64,000 bases of DNA, taken from assembly GCA_028826165.1 (NCBI GenBank), contig JAPDFW010000070.1:1550001-1614000 (forward strand), written 5' to 3'. Source of the DNA: Anaeramoeba ignava BMAN (lineage: Eukaryota; Protista; Anaeramoebae). The translations under genes were made by a program, and so were the position numbers. The notes under the pieces are model-generated. The model did not search any database and was not told the origin of the DNA. It saw nothing but the letters and a program-made list of their open reading frames with translations. Shown piece by piece: positions 51,558-64,000 of this stretch (the stretch's first letter is position 1; each line of letters opens with the position of its first letter).

Positions 51558-54500
51558 TTAAATTTGAATTAAAAATAAAAATAAACTTGTAATTGAATAA
51601 AATGTTAAATTGGATACTTCGTAAATAATTTTAGGTGAAAAAACAGTCCAAATAAATAAATGATTTTGTAAAATAAAGATGAATATAAAAAAAAGCATTA
51701 AAGTAAGTGAACTTATTTCTGATAGAAAAAAAGGGAAAATAGAATAATTTCCCAATTGATTTTCTAAATGATTTTCTAAATGATTTTCTAAATGATTTTG
51801 ATTTTGATTTTGATTTTGATTTTGATTTTGATTTTGATTTTGATTTTGATTTTGATTTTGATTTTGATTTTGATTTTGATTTTCATTTTTTAAATGATTT
51901 TGATTTTGAATTTGATTTTGATTTTGATTTTGATTTTGATTTTGATTTTGATTTTGATTTTGATTTTGATTTTGATTTTGATTTTGATTTTGAATTTGAA
52001 TTTGATTTTCATTTTTTAAATGATTTTGATTTTCATTTTTTAAATCATTTTGATTTTCATTTTTTAAATGAATTTGATTTTCATTTTTTAAATAATTTTG
52101 ATTTTCATTTTTTAAATGAATTTGATTTTCATTTTTTAAATCATTTTCTAATTTTAAATAATTTTGATTTAATTTCGAAATTAAAATCATCATTGAAATA
52201 GAAAAACAAAAAAATATTGGTCCAGAAAAAGTTATTAAAAATGTTAAAAATCCAACAATTATCTGATTATATTTAATCAATCCTGTATAAGCTCCATTTA
52301 TATCCAAACTAGATAATGAATTTGTATTTCCAAAAGCAAAAAAAGCAAGTCGAGAAAGATAATAAAATATGATCATAATTTCCTTATAATTTTGTTTTGA
52401 TTGATTTGTTTTTTTATGGAAAAGAATTAATACTTCTTGTTGTAAATAAAATAACACAAAAAGAAATGAATTTTGAGGTTTATGTATTAGAATCAATAAA
52501 ATCACTAAAATAGACTGAATATTTTGAATCAAATTCACTTTGATTTTGAGTGTTAAATTTGGATCGAAAAATTTTGAATAATAAACCAAATATATATAAA
52601 TTCCAACAAAAATTATCATGAAAAGAATAACAGTTAAATAATTGAACCAAATTGAAAAAAATTGAATTTGATAAATTTTTTGGTTTGATGATTGATTATG
52701 AAAATTTGCAATGAAAAACTGAATAATTGAGAAAAAAGAACTAATAACAAGTAATAAAATAAAGCTTATATAAATTTTTTGCTGTGAAAATTTGCTTTTT
52801 TGTTGTTTTAGCAAGTTAAAAAATTGAGTTAATCCTTTTAAATTGATGATCATAACAAACAAAATTGTGGAAATATTCAATACAATCAAAGCAAAACTCG
52901 AAAGTTTAGACGATGAATATTCAGAAAGCCATTTAGAAATATCTGGATCATTAAGCCATTTATCACCTGATTTATTCCATATTCGAAAAACACGAACAAA
53001 AATTAAAGGGATAATTGGAAGAAATGAAATGAAATTAAAATTGAAATTATTTTGGAATAGATTCTTCAAGAAAAAAATAAGAATTAAAGTTGTTGAAATG
53101 TAATAAAATGTTTGGTGTTCTTCTTCTACAAAACTACTTGAACTAAGTGAACAAATGTGGAACAATTCAAAGAAAAAAATGAATACTTCCATTTTAAGTG
53201 AATTGGCAATTTTTTTAATTTCTTGCTTTTTTTCGTTTTTGATAAAATGGATCAAAGGAGATATTAAATTACTCATTGTTTTTACTAAATAGGCAATAAA
53301 AATCCAGTACAAAATACCATATTTCCCAGAATCAACACATAAAAATGAATCAAAAAACACTCTGCAAATTAAGTATTTTTGTGCCAAAACAAGTGAAGAT
53401 GTGAATAAAAAGAACTTCAAATTAAATCCTTTTGTTGCTTGAATAATAATTTCGAATTTTGGATCAACTAAAAAATTCATCATTGTGAAAAATATATTGA
53501 AAATGATTAAAAAGAGCAATAAAATTGAAGAAAGCATCGAATAAGAATCTGATTGAGTAGAATTTTGAGTGAGAGTGTCTTGGAGAATATCCAAAGCTTC
53601 GAGATATAAATTTTCTGCATTTTGATATGATGCTGAAATATTTTTGGGAAATAAATGTTCATTTTGAGCTTGTTTAAAAATATTGTTAATGTGGTTCATT
53701 TTCTTAGAATCGATTGATTGAAAATTTATGTTCATTTTTTCTGCCAAATTAAGTAATTGTTGAGTATTTTTTCTCAAAAAATCCAATCTAATTTTTGGTG
53801 GATAAATTTTAAAGACTGGCAATATTAATTTTCCCATATTTTTTTCAGGAATTCCCAAATCAAACATTAAAGATAAAGTGGGGGAAATATCAAGTTGAGA
53901 AATTGATTGTGCTGGAGAAGAAACACCATTTCCATTTGCAAAAATTGATGGACTTAGAAAAGAAGCAATTGTTGATGTTTCTTGGGCAGAATTTCCGCCA
54001 TGATTCCCCATATCATTCATTCCATGATCTGAAACAATAAGAATCAATGTATTTTCATCATAAATATTTTGAGAATTTTGAGAAGAATTTTTGAGAAATG
54101 ATGTGTAAATTTTTTGGATGATTTGATCCATTTCTTGTTGTTTTTTTTTCAGTAAATTTGAGTTTGCTCCTGAAATATGTCCTGCATGATCCAATCCGAG
54201 ATAGTGAAGAATCATTATATCCCAGGTATTTTTATTTTTTAATTCCTCATCAAGATGTCTTGTTACATTCCAATCCACTTCAGTTGTATCTTGAACAAAA
54301 AAACTTGAGACATCATCTTTTCTTGTGAAATAATTTGGAAATAATTTAATCCAAGTATCATCTCCATAAAAAATGATTTTTTTATTTTTTTCATAGAAAT
54401 TTTTGATTATGTTATCCTCCAAAAACTCTACAGCTTGAAAATTATGAACGATATCTAAAAAATTTGGTATTATTCCTGCTGTTATTGATTTTATTCTTGG

Positions 54501-55119
54501 GAGTGTAACTGTTGGTGATTCGCATTTGGCTTTCATTGTGATTGATGAATTTGAATTAATTAAAGAAGACCAAAAAGGCATTAATAAAGATCTTTTTGGA
54601 TCAAGAATGAAATTTGAACGAAAAGCGTCAATAAGGATTATAATTAATTTATCAAAAATTTGATTTTGATTTTTTAATTGATTTTGATTTTGATTTTGAA
54701 ATTGATTTTCAAATTGATTTTGATTTTGATTTTTATTTTGAAATTGATTTTGATTTTCTAATTGATTTTCAAATTTATTTTCTAATTGATTTTCTAATTT
54801 ATTTTCTAATTTATTTTCTAATTGATTTTCTAATTGATTTTCTAATTTATTTTCTAATTTATTTTCTGAATTGATTTTCTTGATAATTTTTATCCAAAAA
54901 CTGATTTTCTAATTTATTTTGAAAAAATTTAGTAAAAAATTGATTTTGAAAACCAATAAAAATTATTTGATTTTCTAATTGATCAAAAATTTTATTTTCT
55001 AATTGGTTTTGATTTTGATTTTGATTTTCAAATTGAAAAAAGAAAAATCCAAAAAAAAAAATAAAAGAGGAAAAAGGAAAAAATTGAAAAATTATTTGAT
55101 TTCTTCTAAACCAATTCAT
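51558..55119 (-). CDS. PIGG: GPI ethanolamine phosphate transferase 2 (PIG-G/Gpi7); 5' part crosses a repeat with frame breaks
   Basis: IIILIDAFR upstream of the listed ORF, PTVTLPRIK, YGDDTW, LHYLGLDHAGH, SDHGM..GNHGG, SFVEEEHQ, GNTNSLSSLD, HLFIWTVFSPK. Start at 55119 is tentative. Confidence 0.9.
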
Positions 55120-55197
55120 TTAAAAATTTTAAAAACAGAAAAATGAAAAATGAAAATTAAAAGAAATTTAAAAGAAAATTGAATTGAAAAAAGAAAT

Positions 55198-57040
55198 TTA
55201 TTTTTTCTCATAAATCCATTTATCTAAATCAGCTGTTTGATTAACAATTTCATTATTTTTAAACCAAATTGAAATTTCCTTTTCAGCAGATTCTTTTGTT
55301 AAACTTCCATGAATTAAATTTCGAGCTAAATTTTAATAATTATAATTTTAATTTTAATAATTTTAATAATTTTAATTTTAAAAATTTTAATTTTAAAAAA
55401 ACAAACCAATATTAATTCCAAAATCTCCTCTAATTGTTCCTGGTTTACTTTTTAATGGATCAGGATCTCCAATTAATTTTAAAGCTGATTCAACAACATT
55501 TTTACCTTCCCAAATCATAGCAACAATAAAACTAGAACATAAATAATCAACTAAATTTTTATATTCTGGTTTTGATTGATCTAATAAATCCATTTCGAAA
55601 ATTATTTATAAATCCATTATTAAAATTATTATTAAAATTATTAATAAAATTATTATTAAAATTATTTATAAAATTATTATTTAAATTATTATAATTTATT
55701 TATAAATTTATTATTAAAATTATTTATAAAATTATTATTAAAATTATTATTAAAACTATAAAATTATTATTAAAATTATTATTTAAATTATTATTAAATT
55801 TATTATTAAAATTGTTATTAAAATTATTATTTAAATTATTATTTAAATTATTATTAAATTATTATTAAAATTATTAAATTTATTATTAAAATTATTATTA
55901 AAATTATTATTAAAAATTATTAAAAATTATTAAAATTATTATTAAAATTATTATTTAAATTATTATTAAAATTATTATTAATTTATTTATAAATTTATTA
56001 TTAAAATTATTATTTATTAAAATTATTATTAAAATTATTATTAAAATTATTATTAAAATTATTATTAAATTATTATTAAAATTATTATTTAAATTATTAT
56101 TTAAATTATTTATAAAATTATTATTAAAATTATTATTATATTTATTATTAAAATTCATTATTAAATTTATTATTTAAAAATCATTATTAAAATTATTATT
56201 AAAATTATTATTAAAATTATTATTAAAATTATTATTAAAATTATTATTAAATTTATTATTAAATTTATTATTAAAATTATTATTAAAATTATTATTAAAT
56301 TTATTATTAAATTTATTATTATAATTATTATTAATTTATTATTAAAATTATTATTAAAATTATTATTAAGATTATTATTAAAATTATTATTAAATTTATT
56401 AAAATTATTTATTAAAATTATTATTAAAATTATTATTAAAATTATTATTAAAATTATTATTAAAATTATTATTAAAATTATTATTAAAATTATTATTAAA
56501 ATTATTATTAAAATTATTATTAAAATTATTATTAAAATTATTATTAAAATTATTATTAAATTAATTTGCCAAGTGATCTATTTTTAGTTTACATTCTAAA
56601 TAATGTTTTTCTGCTTGTTGTTTTGTTGGTTTTATTAATTTAATGGCTAAAAAAGAAAAGAAAAGAAAAGAAAAGAAAAGAATTAAAATTTTGATAATTC
56701 TTTTAACAAACTTTAAAAAAAAATTTTACAAATTAATTTAAATCCTTTTGCTTCAAATCTTGATATTATTGCTCCAATTTTTTTAATTTGAATTCCTTCT
56801 GGTTTAATAGCAATAAAAGTTCTTTCATTTACTATAATTTTAATTTATTGATAATTTTATTTATAAATTGAAAATTAAAATAAATTGATTTTCATTTAAA
56901 TTTTTACTTGAATTTTTTTCTTCTTTTTTTTCTTCTTCTTTTTCTTCTTTTTGTTCTTCTTTTTCTTTATGAATAACATAAGCACTAACACTAACACAAG
57001 CAATTAAAGTTGAAAGAAAAACAAATTTTTTAGAATTCAT
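55198..57040 (-). CDS. Nucleoside diphosphate kinase-like protein with hydrophobic N-terminal extension, 5 exons
   Basis: Spliced: [61 protein letters not shown]; leader [23 protein letters not shown]. Confidence 0.88.
55610..56560. repeat. Intronic 12-mer repeat (ATTATTAAAATT)n
   Basis: Tandem array within an NDK intron. Confidence 0.9.
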
Positions 57041-57294
57041 TTTATTTTTCTAATTAAAAAAAATGAAAATTAAAAAAACCAAAAAAAAATTTTTTTTAAA
57101 TTAAAAAAAGGAGAAAAAAAAATAATTAAAAAATTTTTTCTCTTTTTAATTTTTAATTTTATTTTTATTTTTTTCATTTTTTTTTTGGTTGGTTTTTTTC
57201 TCTTTTATAATTCTTTATTATTTCTATTATTTTTTTTTTATATTTTTTTTTCCTTTTAGCTTGTTAAAGTTTTTGTGTTTTTTTTTTTGTTAAT

Positions 57295-61638
<4,344 letters not shown>

Positions 61639-61847
61639 ACATTATTATATTTTTTTTTTCTCTCTCTTTTATTTTTCTCAATTTTTTTTTACTTTCTATT
61701 TCTTTCTTTCTTTCTTTCTTTCTATTTGAATTTCATTTCAAAAAATTTGGTTTCTTTAATTTTGAAAAAACAAAATCAGTTTATTTTTCCTTAAATTTAT
61801 TTTTCTTTTTTTTTTTGCTTTTTTTTTGGAATTGTTTTTTGTTTTTT

Positions 61848-63721
61848 TTAATTAGCAAATTTTTCTGCAATTTCAAGTGAAATTTCTTTTGCTAATCCAA
61901 TATAAGTTTCTGGAATAAGTAATTCTTTAATTTGTTCTTCTGAAAAAATTTGTTTAATTGTTTCATCTTCTCTTAAAGCTTTTTCAAAATCTTTTTCAAA
62001 ACTTAAAACTCTTAAAAGCTAAAAAAATAAAAATTAAATAAAATTAAAATTTAATAAAATAAAAAAAATCGGATAAAAATTATTTTTACTTCATGTGCTT
62101 TTTGTCTTCCAATTTTTGAAGTTAATTCAATCATTAATCTTTCAGCAAGTTGTTTTCCTTTTTAAAATTAAATTAAATTAAAAAATTAAAAAAAAAGGAA
62201 AAGTTTTTCTTAAATTTTTTCTTTACCTTTTAAAAAATGAAGATTTCTTTCAATAGATTCTTTATTAACATAAAGTTTAGAAAGAATTTGAGTTAAAGAA
62301 AGTAATTGGAAATGATATAAAATAACAGAAGTTGAAACAGATACTCTTTCAACAACTGAATTAGTTAAATCCCTTTCATGTTCTAAAGCAATAGTTTCAA
62401 TTAAAGGATTAAGTTGAGCATGAACCAATCTAGTAATTCCACAAATTCTTTCAGATTTATGAGGATTCTAATTAAAAAAAAAATAAATAAAATAAATTAG
62501 GGAAAAATGAGAACAATTTTTTTGAACTAGCAAAAAAATTTTTTTACTCTTTTTTGAGGCATTGTTGAACTTCCAACTTGTTTTGGAATAAATTCTTCAG
62601 AAAATTCATCAATTTCAATTCTTTGTAAATTTCTAATTTCTTTTGCAATTCTTTCAAGAACACAAGAACCAGTTGTTAAAGAAAAAACAAAATCAACAAG
62701 ATGAAGACGAGTAAGAACTTGAGTTGAAATTGGGGCTGGTTCAAGTCCTAAAAACAAATTCAAAAACTTAATATTTTTTTTTAAAAAAAAAATAGAACAA
62801 ACCAAGTTCTTTAAGAGCTATTGTTTGAACATCTTTTGTTCCTAAAGCTGCGAATGTACCAATTGCTCCTCCCAATTTAGCTTAATTTTTTAATTTAATT
62901 TTTTAATTTAATTTTTTAATTTAATTTTTTAATTTAATTTTTCAATATAATTTTTCAATATAAAATACCAATATTAATTGTTGTTCTTTTAAGATGATTT
63001 TCTGCAACACTAATTTCATATAAAAAATTAGCAAATTTAAAACCAACTGTAAGAGGAATTGCATGCTAAATTTTAAATTGAATTTTTTAATTCAAATTTT
63101 TAATTCAAATTTTTTAATTCAAATTTTAATTCAAATTTTTAATTCAAATTTTTAAATCGGAATTCTATAAATGTTTACTTGACCATGAGTTCTTCCAATT
63201 TGAACAACATCTTGATTTTCTAAAATTAAATTTTTTAAAGTTTTTTTTAAATCTAAAATTGATTGTAAAAGAATGTTTTTAGCTTGAACTAATTGCAAAG
63301 CTTGAACAGTATCATTAATATCCTGACTAGTGCATCCAAAATGAACATACTCTCCATATTTCTCTGATCTTTCTGCAATTGCTTTAACCATTGCCATTAT
63401 ATCTTTTGAGAAAAAAAAAGCAAAAAATTTTTCGATTTTAAAAAAAAAAAAGCAAAAATTATTTTTTAAATTAATTTCCGTTTTTTTGTTTTTTTAATTT
63501 TTACCGTGATGAATTTCTGATTCAATTTCTTTTACTCTTTCTAATAAAATTGGTTCTTTTTCAATTAATTCTTTCATAACTGAATATGTTTCTTTTGGAA
63601 TTTTTCCAATTTCTCCTAATGCTTTTAAAATTGTTAATTCAACTTCAATTTGTAATTTTAATTTGTTTTCTGCTGAAAAAATTTCACTAATTGGTGTTTC
63701 ATATCTTGAAATCCAATCCAT
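61848..63721 (-). CDS. purB: Adenylosuccinate lyase, 8 exons
   Basis: SRY, HH|DIMAMV, VHFGCTSQDINDT, GRTHGQ|HAIP, GAIGT, STQV, QVGSSTMPQKR|NP signature, HERDLTNS, GRQKAHE, PETYIG. Confidence 0.95.
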
Positions 63722-63821
63722 TTTTTTTTATTAAATTTTATTTTTTAAAAAATTTGAAAAGAAAAAAATGAAAAAATGAAAAAATTTTTGGAAATTAAAA
63801 TTTGGATTTGGATTTGAACTT

Positions 63822-64000
63822 TCACATGAAAAAACATTTTTTTTCAGAATTTCCAAATTCATAAGTGTGAGTAAATGATTGATTCACAAGAAGTTCTGTA
63901 TCAACATTAATTTTGTTTAACATCAAACACATTATTGGACATCTCAAAATACAATCTTCAGTTATTTCTCTTGCAACATCAACAGTTTGATCAGTTCCAA
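63822..64000 (-). CDS. 3' end of a gene running out of the window, ending in a CaaX box
   Basis: Open frame ...GTDQTVDVAREITEDCILRCPIMCLMLNKINVDTELLVNQSFTHTYEFGNSEKKCFFM* (TGA at 63824-63822). Confidence 0.6.
   Translation of the reverse strand, partial: GTDQTVDVAREITEDCILRCPIMCLMLNKINVDTELLVNQSFTHTYEFGNSEKKCFFM

Overview
Extremely AT-rich, gene-dense eukaryotic DNA with GT-AG spliceosomal introns, many of them inflated by short tandem repeats. The gene content (RCC1-BTB, BTB-BACK-TLDc and BTB-GATase-like families, an oxygen-sensitive radical SAM enzyme) suggests an anaerobic protist, probably an Anaeramoeba-like metamonad; this is inference only. Housekeeping genes: STE20/MAP4K kinase (5' partial), TPRA1-like membrane protein, lysophospholipid acyltransferase, PIP5K, VPS9 GEF, Rab5ip/RAB5IF, WDR12/Ytm1, RPAIN, GATAD1-like, PIG-G, NDK-like, VPS4 and an archaeal-looking adenylosuccinate lyase. 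An accessory block (about 15.6-44.2 kb) holds 4 RCC1-BTB and 4 BTB-BACK-TLDc paralogs with hypervariable putative binding loops, a beta-propeller surface protein and two metallophosphoesterases. The top finding is a 6-exon minus-strand gene at 32138-36129 that I spliced by hand to about 952 aa. It fuses a complete prokaryote-type AmmeMemoRadiSam radical SAM enzyme (AmrS) to a complete FMN/FAD/NADPH diflavin reductase, making a putative self-reducing radical SAM enzyme. All family calls come from motif recognition, not database searches.
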